From: Candidatus Delongbacteria bacterium | GTDB taxonomy: Bacteria > CAIWAD01 | Direction of reading: 5' to 3' | Assembly (NCBI GenBank): GCA_963663545.1 | Contig: OY760505.1 | Coordinates: forward strand, 1,472,001 to 1,536,000 | Length of the DNA: 64,000 nt | Part shown: one piece after another, positions 49,906-59,916 of the stretch | Position numbering within the stretch: position 1 is the stretch's first letter | How the letters are laid out: each line of letters opens with the position of its first letter | Notes under the pieces: model-generated | Told to the model about the DNA's origin: nothing | Database searches by the model: none | What the model saw: the letters and a program-made list of their open reading frames with translations, nothing else | Translations under genes and position numbers: made by a program

Positions 49906-50636
49906 AAGGCCGGCTGTTTCTAGTGCCCACGCCCATCGGCAATCTGGCAGACATGACGCCGCGCGCAGTGGAGGTGCTTTCGCAGGCGGATTTGATCGCT
50001 TGCGAGGATACGCGCACGTCACGCCGTCTGCTGGACCACTTCGGTATCACGACGCCGACCACCAGCTATCATGACTTTTCAGGCGAGCGCGACCGCGACC
50101 GGCTGCTGAAGCGGCTGGAAGGCGGAGACGATGTTGCGCTGATCAGCGACGCAGGCACACCGGGGATTTCCGATCCAGCCTATAAGCTGGTGCACGAGGC
50201 GCGTCTGGCCGGTGTCACGGTCTCCGCACTGCCTGGTGCCTCCAGCATTTTGCCCGCGCTGACCGGTTGCGGATTGCCCTGCGATCGCTTCCGCTACATG
50301 GGCTTTGTTCCGCGCAAGAAAGGGCGTCAGACTTTTCTGCAGGAAGCCCTGGCCAGCGAAGAAACCAGCATCCTGCTCGAATCGCCGCACCGCGTACTCG
50401 CCACACTTGCCTTTCTTGCTGAGGCTGAGCCGGAACGAATGCTTGGTGTAGCACGCGAGATCAGCAAAGTGCACGAGGAATTCCTGCGTGACACATGTGC
50501 CGCGGTACTGGTACACTTCACCGAAAACGCCATTCGCGGAGAATTCGTGCTGGTGCTGGAAGGCCGTGCCGCCGCAGAAAAGCGTCTACGCAAGGCTGAG
50601 AACGACAACACGCATCACGAAGGAGTCCCCTACTAG
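49902..50636 (+). CDS. rsmI: 16S rRNA C1402 2'-O-methyltransferase
   Basis: TPIGNL, CEDTR, SDAGTPGISDP, ESPHR, REISK.HEE. Confidence 0.96.
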   Translation: MKGRLFLVPTPIGNLADMTPRAVEVLSQADLIACEDTRTSRRLLDHFGITTPTTSYHDFSGERDRDRLLKRLEGGDDVALISDAGTPGISDPAYKLVHEARLAGVTVSALPGASSILPALTGCGLPCDRFRYMGFVPRKKGRQTFLQEALASEETSILLESPHRVLATLAFLAEAEPERMLGVAREISKVHEEFLRDTCAAVLVHFTENAIRGEFVLVLEGRAAAEKRLRKAENDNTHHEGVPY

Positions 50637-51451
50637 TGTTCCCGACAATCTTTCAGGCAGGCCCCTTCCGCCTCAGTTCTTATGGGTTGATGATCACGCT
50701 GGCCTTCATCGCAGGTGTATCACTCAGTTCCTGGCGCTCACGCCGCCGGGGCTATCCACCGAACTTCATTCAAGACCTGGCCGTTGTGGTACTTGTCTCC
50801 TCTATCTTCGGAGCACGTCTGCTCTACATCGTGACACATCTTGAAGAATTCGCAGGTCAGTGGTGGCGCACCATTGTACCTATTCAGAGCGACGGCACTA
50901 TCGGCATTGCAGGACTGGTTCTGCTGGGCGGGGTGCTGGGAGCAATCCCCGCAGGTATCTGGTACACACTCCGCAAAGGGCAAAGCGTAACACGCACCAT
51001 GGATATCGTTGCACCGGCTATGGCACTGGGTATTGCCATTGGTCGCGTGGGTTGTCTCCTCAATGGTTGCTGTTTCGGCAAACCCTGCAGCGCTCCGTGG
51101 GCTATTCACTTTCCCGCCGACAGCTGGCCCTCATACATGTATCACGGGCTGGCGCTGCATCCGACGCAGATCTATTCAATGGGGTGGAATCTGCTGACAG
51201 CGCTTTTCCTTTTGTGGTACGACAGCCGCAGACATGCGCCGGGTCAGGCCTTCGCCCTCTTTCTCGTCCTCTACGGCCCCGGTCGTTTCGTGGTCGAGTT
51301 CTTCCGCTACTACGAGCAGAGCATGAAGCTCTTTGCGATTGGCAATTGGCAAGTAACCGTCAGCCAGCTCATCAGCCTCGGCATGGTGGCGGGTGGTCTC
51401 TGGTTGTATCACGAATTCGGTCGCAGGCACCGCGCGGGAGTCGAACTGTGA
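50636..51451 (+). CDS. lgt: Prolipoprotein diacylglyceryl transferase
   Basis: GARLLY, GRVGCLLNGCCFG, HPTQIY, RFVVEFFR, SQ. Confidence 0.93.
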   Translation: MFPTIFQAGPFRLSSYGLMITLAFIAGVSLSSWRSRRRGYPPNFIQDLAVVVLVSSIFGARLLYIVTHLEEFAGQWWRTIVPIQSDGTIGIAGLVLLGGVLGAIPAGIWYTLRKGQSVTRTMDIVAPAMALGIAIGRVGCLLNGCCFGKPCSAPWAIHFPADSWPSYMYHGLALHPTQIYSMGWNLLTALFLLWYDSRRHAPGQAFALFLVLYGPGRFVVEFFRYYEQSMKLFAIGNWQVTVSQLISLGMVAGGLWLYHEFGRRHRAGVEL

Positions 51452-52110
51452 CACGCGCACTGGTCATCAGTCTGGAAGGCAGCGACGGGGCAGGCAAGGG
51501 AACGCAGCTCCAGGCCATTCAGCAATGGCTGGACGAGCGCGGCTTCTCGTATCGCACTTTTCGCGAACCCGGCGGGTCACGCATCTCTGAGCAGATTCGT
51601 GCGGTACTCCTGGCACCCGAAAACACGGCAATGACGGGCGATACCGAATTACTGCTCTACACAGCCAGTCGCCTCCAACTGATCCACGAATGTCTTCTGC
51701 CGCTGCTGCCAGTGCTGGACGTGCTGCTCTTGGATCGCTACAACGATTCCACCACCGCCTATCAGGGTTTCGGTCGCCGGTTGGAGCGGGAAACCGTGGA
51801 AAATTGTCGCCGTCTGGTGCGCCGCCATTTGTGGCCGGACCGCACCTACTGGCTGGATCTGGACCCTGACATGGGCCTGCGCCGTGTGGAGATGCGGGAC
51901 GAAGGAATTCGGGATCGTCTGGAGCAGGAAGAACTCAGCTTCTTCCAACGAGTCCGCGAAGGCTATCAGTACTTGGCTGCGGAGGAACCCGGACGCATCC
52001 TGCGCGTTGATGCCGAATTGCCTCCGGCAGAAGTAAGCGGCCTGATTCTGAAGGATCTGGAAGGCTGCTTGAATGCCGGCGGGCGCAAAGTCCCAAGGAG
52101 TACGCCATGA
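51448..52110 (+). CDS. tmk: Thymidylate kinase
   Basis: EGSDGAGKGTQ, REPGG, DRY..ST.AYQG; GTG start overlapping the lgt stop. Confidence 0.95.
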   Translation: MTRALVISLEGSDGAGKGTQLQAIQQWLDERGFSYRTFREPGGSRISEQIRAVLLAPENTAMTGDTELLLYTASRLQLIHECLLPLLPVLDVLLLDRYNDSTTAYQGFGRRLERETVENCRRLVRRHLWPDRTYWLDLDPDMGLRRVEMRDEGIRDRLEQEELSFFQRVREGYQYLAAEEPGRILRVDAELPPAEVSGLILKDLEGCLNAGGRKVPRSTP

Positions 52111-53783
52111 AGTTTCGCCCGACCCTGCTACTGCTGTGCCTGCTGCCGCTGATGCTCCTGCTTGGCGCGTCACAGGATCAGGATCGCCAGGAATACATCA
52201 AAGACGTTCGCACCAGCCTCAAGCGCTTCGGCGAAGTCTACCGGCAGCTCAGTTTCCGCTATGTGGACCAGATTGATCCCGAGGCGGGCATTGAAGCCGC
52301 CATTCGTGGTCTGATGCACGAGCTGGACCCCTACACAGATTACTTCGTCGAGGAGGAAGCGCGCGATCTGGACGAGATGTCCCAGGGCGAATACGGAGGC
52401 ATTGGTGCCGAAGTGGGACAACGCGGCAGCGACAAGCGTGTTACAATCATCAGTCCCTTCGACGATTCACCCGCTGACAAAGTGGGTTTGCGCGCCGGAG
52501 ATATCATCGACGCCGTCGATGGCGTCAGCACACTGGACCGCTCATTGAGCGAAGTTGTCGGCGAGATTAAAGGCCCTCGCGGCACTAAGGTCACGCTGAG
52601 CATCTTGCGCGCCGGCTGGTCCAAGGCTGTGGACTACACTCTCACCCGCGACGTGATCGTGATACGCGACGTGCGTTACGCGGGCATAGTGGACGAGGAT
52701 CAGGCCCTTGGCTACGTGCGTCTCACGCGCTTTTCGGGCAAGGCTTCTGAAAGCCTGAGCGAGGCGATCGAAGGGCTGAAGGCTCAGGGCATGCGCGGAC
52801 TCATTCTGGATCTGCGTGGCAACCCAGGCGGTCTCTTGCGCGAGGCAGGGGATGTGGCCGACCTGTTCCTGGAGCCCGGCCTGCCCATCGTGGACACGCG
52901 CGACCGCCAGGGCAATGTTGAAAAGGACATTCGCTCCGAGCATGAACCCGTTTTCGACGGCCCGCTACTGGTGATGATTGATGGCAGCAGTGCCAGTGCC
53001 AGCGAGATTGTCGCCGGTGCCCTGCAGGATCACGACCGCGCCGTGGTACTGGGCACCAACAGCTATGGCAAAGGTCTGGTCCAGAGCGTGTACACCATTG
53101 ATGATGACGCTCGCCTGAAACTAACCACCGCACGCTACTACCTGCCTAGTGGCCGACTAATCCAACGCATCGACTACTTCGAAAACAATGATGTGTTGAA
53201 TCACGTGGAAACCGCCAGTCTGCTTAGCGACAGCCTCTTCGTAACTGACGATGGACGTCCAGTAGTGGGCGGTCGCGGCATTCAGCCTGATCTCGAAGTG
53301 AAGTACGAGCCGACACCGTGGTTTGTCAGTGAACTGTGGCGCGCCGGTCTGTTCACCAATTTCCTCGCAGACGCAAAACCCGCCCTCAAGCCAACGGCAG
53401 AAGTAGATGCGCACATGCTGAAACGCTTCCACGAATTTGTGCTGGCCACCGAGCAGGAGTTCGACACTCCCGGCAGCAAAGAGTTGGAAGACCTGGCGAC
53501 GCTGATCGAGCGCGAGCAACTTGGCGAAACGGCAAGCACTGCCCTTGAAGAGCTTCGTTCGGCCATGGGCGGTGATACACAGGCTCAACTCGAGCAGAAC
53601 GAAAACTGGCTGATCAAGATGCTGACCCTCGAGCAAGCCGAGCGCCGTGGCGGAAGCGAAGAACGCGCCAAGGCCAGCCTGCTTTTTGATGCTCAATTCG
53701 ACCGTGCGGTCCAGCTGCTGAATTCCGACGGTGAATTCCGCGCGCTGTTATCGGCCCCTGTGGAGCGCGCGGACATTGATTGA
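52107..53783 (+). CDS. S41 C-terminal processing protease
   Basis: LDPYT, PDZ, DLRGNPGG, SASASEIVAG, GKGLVQ, TTARYY. Confidence 0.95.
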   Translation: MKFRPTLLLLCLLPLMLLLGASQDQDRQEYIKDVRTSLKRFGEVYRQLSFRYVDQIDPEAGIEAAIRGLMHELDPYTDYFVEEEARDLDEMSQGEYGGIGAEVGQRGSDKRVTIISPFDDSPADKVGLRAGDIIDAVDGVSTLDRSLSEVVGEIKGPRGTKVTLSILRAGWSKAVDYTLTRDVIVIRDVRYAGIVDEDQALGYVRLTRFSGKASESLSEAIEGLKAQGMRGLILDLRGNPGGLLREAGDVADLFLEPGLPIVDTRDRQGNVEKDIRSEHEPVFDGPLLVMIDGSSASASEIVAGALQDHDRAVVLGTNSYGKGLVQSVYTIDDDARLKLTTARYYLPSGRLIQRIDYFENNDVLNHVETASLLSDSLFVTDDGRPVVGGRGIQPDLEVKYEPTPWFVSELWRAGLFTNFLADAKPALKPTAEVDAHMLKRFHEFVLATEQEFDTPGSKELEDLATLIEREQLGETASTALEELRSAMGGDTQAQLEQNENWLIKMLTLEQAERRGGSEERAKASLLFDAQFDRAVQLLNSDGEFRALLSAPVERADID

Positions 53784-54459
53784 TTCAGCACTCTCGCAAG
53801 CACCTGTCTTCTTCACCGACTTTGACGGGACAATAACGAACCGTGATACGCTGGTCGCTCTGCTGGATCACTACGCCGACCCCAAAAGATGTGGCTGTGA
53901 CTGGCGCGATATCGAGTTCGACCCCACCCGCCCCGAAGTCGACAAGTTGCAGGCCGAACTCGATCTGCTCAACTGCTCGCTTCCAGAAGCACTGGCCTTC
54001 ATTGACAAAGAGATCCGTCTGCGCTCCGGTTTCCTGAGCTGCGCGCGCCGTTTGGCGGAACAGAAGATCCCGCTGATCGTGCTTTCCGGCGGACTGCTGC
54101 CCCTGATTCATCACGTTCTGGACCCGCTTGAACTGGACAACCTGCAGATCTTCGCCAACGATCTGCGAATCGATAACGGTCGATGGTTGGCCACGCGGCC
54201 CGATCTGCCTCGCAGCGGCAAGAGCTGCAATCACTGCAAGAGCTGGCACTTGCGCCAACTTACAGGACAGAGCCGCTTGCGCATCTACGCTGGCGACGGA
54301 AGTACGGACTTCTGCGCTGCCGGTCTTGCCGATGTGGTTTTCGCTCGTGATACACTGGCTACTCATTTTCACCGCACGGAGAGGCGCTACCAACGCTTCC
54401 GTGACTGGCACGATGTGACACAATATCTCGTGAGTCACGAGATTCTTGCCTCTGACTGA
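53776..54459 (+). CDS. MtnX-like HAD-IB phosphatase
   Basis: DFDGTIT, LSGG, CK, GDGSTDFC. Confidence 0.85.
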   Translation: MIDSALSQAPVFFTDFDGTITNRDTLVALLDHYADPKRCGCDWRDIEFDPTRPEVDKLQAELDLLNCSLPEALAFIDKEIRLRSGFLSCARRLAEQKIPLIVLSGGLLPLIHHVLDPLELDNLQIFANDLRIDNGRWLATRPDLPRSGKSCNHCKSWHLRQLTGQSRLRIYAGDGSTDFCAAGLADVVFARDTLATHFHRTERRYQRFRDWHDVTQYLVSHEILASD

Positions 54460-54475
54460 TTTCCCCGGAGATTCA

Positions 54476-55612
54476 ATGCGTTTCAACACAACCGCCATTC
54501 ATGCAGGCCAGCAGCCGGACCCCCACCACGGCGCGGTTTGCGTTCCTGTAATACAAAGCACGACGTTTGCCCAGCACGCTCCAGGAAAGCCCTTTGGCGA
54601 CTATGACTACACTCGCGCTGGCAACCCGACGCGAACCGCGTTGGAAACCAATCTGGCGGCGCTTGAGGGCGGAAGTCACTGTCGCGTGTTCTCTTCTGGC
54701 TTGTCGGCGCTCCAAGCCTTGACCACCCTTCTCAGCCAGGGCGATCACGCCATCTGCAGTCGCGACTGCTATGGCGGCACATGGCGGCTGCTGAGTCAGC
54801 TTGTATCACGCTGGGGAGTGGAGATCAGTTTTATCGACACGACCCTTTTGGATTCTGTGATACAGGCCATCAGACCTACCACGAAATTGATCTTCGTCGA
54901 GACTCCCACTAATCCGCTGATGCGCCTATCGGATATTGCCGCGCTGGCGGATTTGGCTCACGCGCACAACTTGCTGCTGGCAGTGGACAACACCTTCTCC
55001 ACGCCCTACTTCCAGAGACCCCTGGAGCTTGGTGCGGACATTGTGTTACACTCCTGCACCAAGTACCTGGGCGGCCACAGCGATCTGCTGGCGGGCGCGC
55101 TGATCACGTCCTCGGCAAAACTGGATGAGGCCTTCTTCTTTGCGCAAAAGAGCATCGGTGCCGTTCCCGGGCCCTCCGATTGTGCACTGCTTCTTCGTTC
55201 CACCAAGACCCTGGGCGTGCGAATGGAACGTCACTACGACAACGCCCTGCGCATCGCTCACTGGCTGCAGGAGCATGATGCCGTGACACACGTCTACTAT
55301 CCCGGCCTGCCTGAGCATCCGCAGTTTGAGTTGGCTCACCGCCAGATGCGAGGCTTCGGAGGCATGCTTTCCTGCGAGCTGCGTGATACAGATACCGCCC
55401 TGCGTTTCTGCTCTTCGCTGCACTTGTTCACCCTGGCTGAAAGCCTTGGCGGAGTGGAGAGCCTGGTGAATCACCCCACCACCATGACTCATGCTTCGTT
55501 GCCACCCGCCTATCGCGCCGAGATTGGTCTGGGCGACAACCTGGTGCGCTTGTCGGTGGGCATTGAAGATTTGGAGGATCTGTTGGAAGATCTTGCTGCT
55601 GCGCTTCAGTAG
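54476..55612 (+). CDS. Cystathionine gamma-lyase/synthase family PLP enzyme
   Basis: YTRAGNPT, ETPTNP, DNTF, SCTKYLGGHSD, ESLGGVESL, RLSVGIE. Confidence 0.93.
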   Translation: MRFNTTAIHAGQQPDPHHGAVCVPVIQSTTFAQHAPGKPFGDYDYTRAGNPTRTALETNLAALEGGSHCRVFSSGLSALQALTTLLSQGDHAICSRDCYGGTWRLLSQLVSRWGVEISFIDTTLLDSVIQAIRPTTKLIFVETPTNPLMRLSDIAALADLAHAHNLLLAVDNTFSTPYFQRPLELGADIVLHSCTKYLGGHSDLLAGALITSSAKLDEAFFFAQKSIGAVPGPSDCALLLRSTKTLGVRMERHYDNALRIAHWLQEHDAVTHVYYPGLPEHPQFELAHRQMRGFGGMLSCELRDTDTALRFCSSLHLFTLAESLGGVESLVNHPTTMTHASLPPAYRAEIGLGDNLVRLSVGIEDLEDLLEDLAAALQ

Positions 55613-55684
55613 CAGTTGTGATACAGACCGCGAAGGCCTGCGTTTGGTAAGTTGCCGCGGTTGATTCATTCCAAGGGAGACCAC

Positions 55685-56440
55685 ATGAGCGAGAATACCT
55701 GGAGTACCAAAATCACCAAGACCGGCGCGGGCGAACTGCGCGTGCGCGGCTACGACATTACACAGATGATCGGCAAACTGAGTTTTGCCCAGATCGTATT
55801 CCTCATTCTTAAGGGCGAGCTGCCCACGGAAGCGGAGGCACGCATGATCGAAGGTATGCTGGTCAGCAGTATCGATCACGGCATCACACCGCCTTCCAAC
55901 CTGGCGGCACGCACGGTAATGAGCGGTGGAAACAGCCTGAACACGGCTGTAGCAGCAGGCATCATGACCATTGGCGACAGCCACGGCGGCGCCATCGAGC
56001 AGTGCGCGCGCATACTGCAAGCAGCCGTCAGCGCCGGCAAGGATGCGCCTACTGTCGTTGAGGAAGCCAAGGCAGCCAAGCTGCGCATTCCCGGCTTCGG
56101 CCATCGCATTCACGCCCGCGATCCACGCACCGAGGCGCTCTTCGCGCTGGCGGACGAGTGTGGCTTCACCGGCCCGCACATCAAGCTGGCTCGCGGTATC
56201 ATGGAAGAACTGGAGCGCGGCACGGACAAAAAGCTGCCCGTCAACGTCGACGGTGCCATTGCCGCCATCATCAGCGAGATGGGCTTCGATTGGCGCCTGG
56301 GCAAGGGCTTCTTCATCATCGCCCGTACGCCCGGCCTGGTGGCTCACGTCTTCGAGGAATGGACGACCCAGAAGCCGATGCGCAAGCTGGGTCCTCTTGG
56401 CGGTGTCTACGATGGAGCGCCGGATCGGGATCTGCCCTAG
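55685..56440 (+). CDS. Citryl-CoA lyase-like (short citrate synthase family)
   Basis: IDHG..PPS, HGGA, PGFGHR, DPR, VNVDGAIAA, R..GLVAH. Confidence 0.85.
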   Translation: MSENTWSTKITKTGAGELRVRGYDITQMIGKLSFAQIVFLILKGELPTEAEARMIEGMLVSSIDHGITPPSNLAARTVMSGGNSLNTAVAAGIMTIGDSHGGAIEQCARILQAAVSAGKDAPTVVEEAKAAKLRIPGFGHRIHARDPRTEALFALADECGFTGPHIKLARGIMEELERGTDKKLPVNVDGAIAAIISEMGFDWRLGKGFFIIARTPGLVAHVFEEWTTQKPMRKLGPLGGVYDGAPDRDLP

Positions 56441-56472
56441 CAATCAGCTGGGCTGGGTAAGAATCACAAGCA

Positions 56473-56494
56473 AAGGGGCGCGCGAGCGCCCCTT
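56473..56494. terminator. Bidirectional terminator
   Basis: AAGGGGCGC-GCGA-GCGCCCCTT. Confidence 0.75.
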
Positions 56495-56545
56495 GTTGTA
56501 GACGATGAGTTTGTAGGATATCCCGCCCACTAAGTTCAGGCAGAA

Positions 56546-57508
56546 TCAGCGTTCTGCGATGCCGATGTGTATGGCTCTGGAATCAATTAATGTGTGATAC
56601 ATCTCCGCCATGTCCAATGGCAGAAAGCTTTGATCGATCCGATCGTGCCAGCGTGATACACAGCGGGCGAATCGTGAGAACAGGTTCTCGATAGCTCGCG
56701 CATCCAGCGTCACACCTTTCATCGCCTGCTCAAAGTCTGAACGCCGCAATTTGCGTCTCTTCCCATTCAGCGTGAGCGCCAACTCCTCTTTATCCCCCTC
56801 GACAACAAGCGTGGAGGCGATCAGATCATAGGCAGGGCTTAGAGCATATCCGCGATCCGGGTCCTTGAACAGCGAGAAATTCTTCATGTGCATGTCGTTG
56901 TTCCCAGTGAGGTAGCTGAACACAACCTGCTCATAGAAGACAATCGCGTCGAAGCCGGGATTAGTGGAGTTCTGCACAATGGCTCGGGCAATCTGTTCGT
57001 AGGAACCGCGGTACTTGGCCTCAGTAAGTCGACCGGTCAGCTGGCACATATCCTCCATGTGATACATCCGTTTGCCTTCCCGATCAATCCGCCTTGTCAG
57101 GTAACACAGCTCACCGGAGGCCAGGCGAATCAGCGTATGCGGCACTGTGCTTATTCCCGCGTCCTCAGCCAGATGCATGCTGAGGTCTTCCAACTCAGGA
57201 AGACTGCGATAGACCAAGCTGGGCGGCTTGAGAATATAGCCACCCAGAACACCTACCAGAGTAAGCTTCTGATGTTGCGTCTTTGTATCACCAGACCCCA
57301 TTCCCAGTGAGAGCTTGGCCTGAACACCGGGAATGGTGACTTGAGTTTGTATCACCTGAGTGGCAAGCTCGTGCATCTGATCAAGTGAGTATTCCAGAAC
57401 GGGCTGCACCTTCTTGCCAAAGAACGCCCTGCTGCATTTCGAATGGAAGTCGGTTTCGGTGACGTCCAAGTCCTGGTAACAGAACAAGCATTTCTTGTTA
57501 CTCATCAT
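56546..57508 (-). CDS. HipA-family kinase toxin (HipT-like)
   Basis: GVQAKLS, YILKP, GNNDMHMKNFSL, LSPAYDL. Confidence 0.92.
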   Translation of the reverse strand: MMSNKKCLFCYQDLDVTETDFHSKCSRAFFGKKVQPVLEYSLDQMHELATQVIQTQVTIPGVQAKLSLGMGSGDTKTQHQKLTLVGVLGGYILKPPSLVYRSLPELEDLSMHLAEDAGISTVPHTLIRLASGELCYLTRRIDREGKRMYHMEDMCQLTGRLTEAKYRGSYEQIARAIVQNSTNPGFDAIVFYEQVVFSYLTGNNDMHMKNFSLFKDPDRGYALSPAYDLIASTLVVEGDKEELALTLNGKRRKLRRSDFEQAMKGVTLDARAIENLFSRFARCVSRWHDRIDQSFLPLDMAEMYHTLIDSRAIHIGIAER

Positions 57509-57830
57509 CGCCACCTGGCATCGCTTCGATACTCACGGCGCCAATGCAGTCCCGGCAAGTCACCAGCAGAAGTCCCATGCGATCACGCACATCCAGCTTC
57601 CAGTTTCGCTCAGCGATATCCAGCAGCCAGCCTTCGGGAATCAATCCATCGAAGAAGGAAAAGAGCACATTGCTGTGATACACTTCTTCCTGCAAGGGAA
57701 GTGTCAAGCTGACTGCCTCGGCCCTGGGTGTAGCTAAATACTCACTCGCATATTTGAAGTGGTAACCATTTTCATCCTCTACCAGCTCACCCGCTGGCAG
57801 ACCGTGCATGAGTACTCTAGCGTTTCTCAT
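57498..57830 (-). CDS. HipA N-terminal domain protein (HipS-like)
   Basis: AGEL, F.Y...YL, VSLTLP, FFDGLIPEGW, DCIGAV. Confidence 0.9.
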   Translation of the reverse strand: MRNARVLMHGLPAGELVEDENGYHFKYASEYLATPRAEAVSLTLPLQEEVYHSNVLFSFFDGLIPEGWLLDIAERNWKLDVRDRMGLLLVTCRDCIGAVSIEAMPGGDDE

Positions 57831-58041
57831 TGATCAGCTCATCTCTATCCACCGGCACCTGCCCAAGTTTGTGCCCAAACAGCAAAAGCACCTGGTTCAC
57901 CTTATCCATCCGCAATGTGGCCTTCTCGCTCTCCAACTCGCGAAGAAATCGCAGACCAACACCTGCCTTGTCGGCCAAGCCCGGTTGTGTCAGGCCAAGC
58001 TCTTTGCGTCGTTCACGAACAAAACTGCCAAGTGATTGCAT
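57817..58041 (-). CDS. HTH regulator (HipB/y4mF-like)
   Basis: VRERRKELGLTQ..LA.KAGVGLRFLRELE..K.TLRMDKVNQVL. Confidence 0.9.
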   Translation of the reverse strand: MQSLGSFVRERRKELGLTQPGLADKAGVGLRFLRELESEKATLRMDKVNQVLLLFGHKLGQVPVDRDELINEKR

Positions 58042-58046
58042 ACTGA

Positions 58047-58144
58047 TAATCCCCTTTCGGGTACGAATCTAGGGAATTACGACGAATTATACCTGCTCGG
58101 GTACGAAGTCACGACATATTGTAAGATATATCCCTATCGGGTAC
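58047..58144. promoter_or_regulatory. Three operator-like repeats at 40-bp period upstream of hipBST
   Basis: TCGGGTAC at 58057, 58097 and 58137, each the right half of an imperfect palindrome. Confidence 0.75.
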
Positions 58145-58342
58145 AATTTCTAGTTCGCTCGGGCTGTTCTGCGCCACAAGATCGGAAGGTCATTGCGGCT
58201 CAGTCTTTCGGGAGCTCGCATAGGTGCGTTGCAAAGTCTGTAGCTGGTTCGTTTTGATCCCGTTGAGTTCGCATAGGAAAGCACTACGCCGACGATCCCA
58301 GCTCCGAGATTCGGTTATAAATCTCTGAATAACAACAGGTAC

Positions 58343-58612
58343 CTACTTCAACACCATCGCCCTCGTCACTGCCTGCGAGTTCGCGCCGCGCAAGCTGAAG
58401 ATGTAGTGCCCGCTTGCAAGACCCGATCCATCGAAGCTATAGTGATGTATGCCTGCCGGCTGATAGCCCAGGTGGCTTCGTCGCAGCTCCTGACCAAGTA
58501 GATTGTACACCGATAGCGATACATGCTGGGCCGACGCGAGCGCGTAGCTGAGAGTGGTGGACGGATTGAAGGGGTTCGGATAGACGCTGTGCAGTATAAT
58601 GCCCGACGGATG
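58343..58612 (-). pseudogene. Orphan T9SS type A sorting domain remnant
   Basis: LHSVYPNPFNPSTTLSY...VYNLLGQ...GLASGHY...AMVLK*; in-frame TAG at 58613-58615 and no start codon before the domain. Confidence 0.75.
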
Positions 58613-58644
58613 CTAAGCAGTATTGTCTGATCTCCGGCTTAGCA

Positions 58645-59013
58645 CTACTTCGGGCTACGAAATCCATCAACAACCCAACACACAGACTTAAGGCCAATAT
58701 AAACAACGAAGTTCACCAAACAACAACCACCAATAACAAAGCTAACAGAAAACAACGACGGCCACTTCAGCAGTCAATACCCCACTCCCGATTGTCGATC
58801 ACGGAGTTCAGACTCGAAAGATTGTGGCGACTGTGAATGATATAACTCATCGGATCCTTCTATTTGCAGCGTCCAATACACGAACGGTGAATATGAGCAA
58901 TACGGTGTAGAGGAAACCTTGTAAAAAACGAATGAGGCTGACACGAGAATCTATAAAGCAGAAAACACTACAGCGATTCGCTGCAATCCGTTCAGTTCTC
59001 TATTGACCCACAT
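58645..59013 (-). pseudogene. Small membrane-protein pseudogene with two internal stops
   Basis: GGAGG RBS + ATG 59013; MWVNRELNGLQRIAVVFSAL*ILV...GVGY*LLKW...WVVDGFRSPK*; stops at 58951-58953 and 58774-58776. Confidence 0.6.
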
Positions 59014-59370
59014 TACGTCCTCCCATAAATGAGCTGTTTGATTGTTCGGTCCAAGGGATTGTGTTCCATAGTGATGATATTTCAGCACTTAAAAATACTA
59101 CTCTGCAAAATCTGGGCAGATATCTGCTAACCCACCAATTGAATCATGCTAGCAATCACTGCGAGCTTGGCGAGATGTACTCTTGCTCTTCGCTTCTTTG
59201 GCGACCTGCGTGGCCAATGCTATGCGCTGAGTCAAGCAGACCTTTGCCGGTCTTGCGCATTCTTCTCATCCTCCTCGTCCAGAGGAGCAGCTCTTGAGCG
59301 GATCGGCGTTTCTCCGATACCGATACCGATCCAACTCGCAGAGTCGGCAGCGATACCGATCAAGGTAGGA

Positions 59371-59916
59371 TCAGTAGTTGTACTGCTCCAGCTGCTTCAG
59401 TTCCTCCAGGTAGAGCTGCTGCACATGGCCCGCCTGCTGCAGGATCTCCACCAGCCGCTCGGCTTGCTGCGGGTTCAAGCGCGGGTTGACCTTTTTGCTC
59501 GCACGCCGGTAGTCGGCCAGATCCAGCAGGAGTGCCGCCTGCTTGTTCTGCGAATTCACAAAGCCGAGGCGGATGCCCTGGAAGCCGTCGGTGGCTTCCA
59601 CACGCCAATCGCCCAAAAGCTGGTCGGCAATCTCGTGGCCAGCCGCGACGCTGTCCAACAGCGCTACGCCCTTTTGCAACGCCTCCACCAGAAGCGGCAG
59701 ATCGTAGGAAATGATGGCCGCCTGCACCTCGACACCAATCTCCGCGCCTTCGATCATCGCATTGCCCTCGGCATCCACAAAGGCGCGCAGGGTCACCTCA
59801 ACAATGGACTCACGAATGGGCGAAAACCAATAGCCGCCGGTCTCGCCCGGAAGCTGTTTCATGCCCGCCAACACGGTGCTTGCCAAAAACAGAATCAGCG
59901 CAAGTGTGGTTCTCAT
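59371..59916 (-). CDS. Hypothetical secreted protein
   Basis: GGAG RBS, signal peptide MRTTLALILFLASTVLA. Confidence 0.7.
   Translation of the reverse strand: MRTTLALILFLASTVLAGMKQLPGETGGYWFSPIRESIVEVTLRAFVDAEGNAMIEGAEIGVEVQAAIISYDLPLLVEALQKGVALLDSVAAGHEIADQLLGDWRVEATDGFQGIRLGFVNSQNKQAALLLDLADYRRASKKVNPRLNPQQAERLVEILQQAGHVQQLYLEELKQLEQYNY

Noticed and set aside
55046..56443. Long antisense ORFs (also 59146..60111, 62645..63859, 47320..47985)
   Set aside because: Shadows of real genes caused by GC-rich codon usage
58774..58776. In-frame TGA as a second selenocysteine
   Set aside because: The same frame also has a TAG, and there is no Cys-motif context or SECIS-like hairpin
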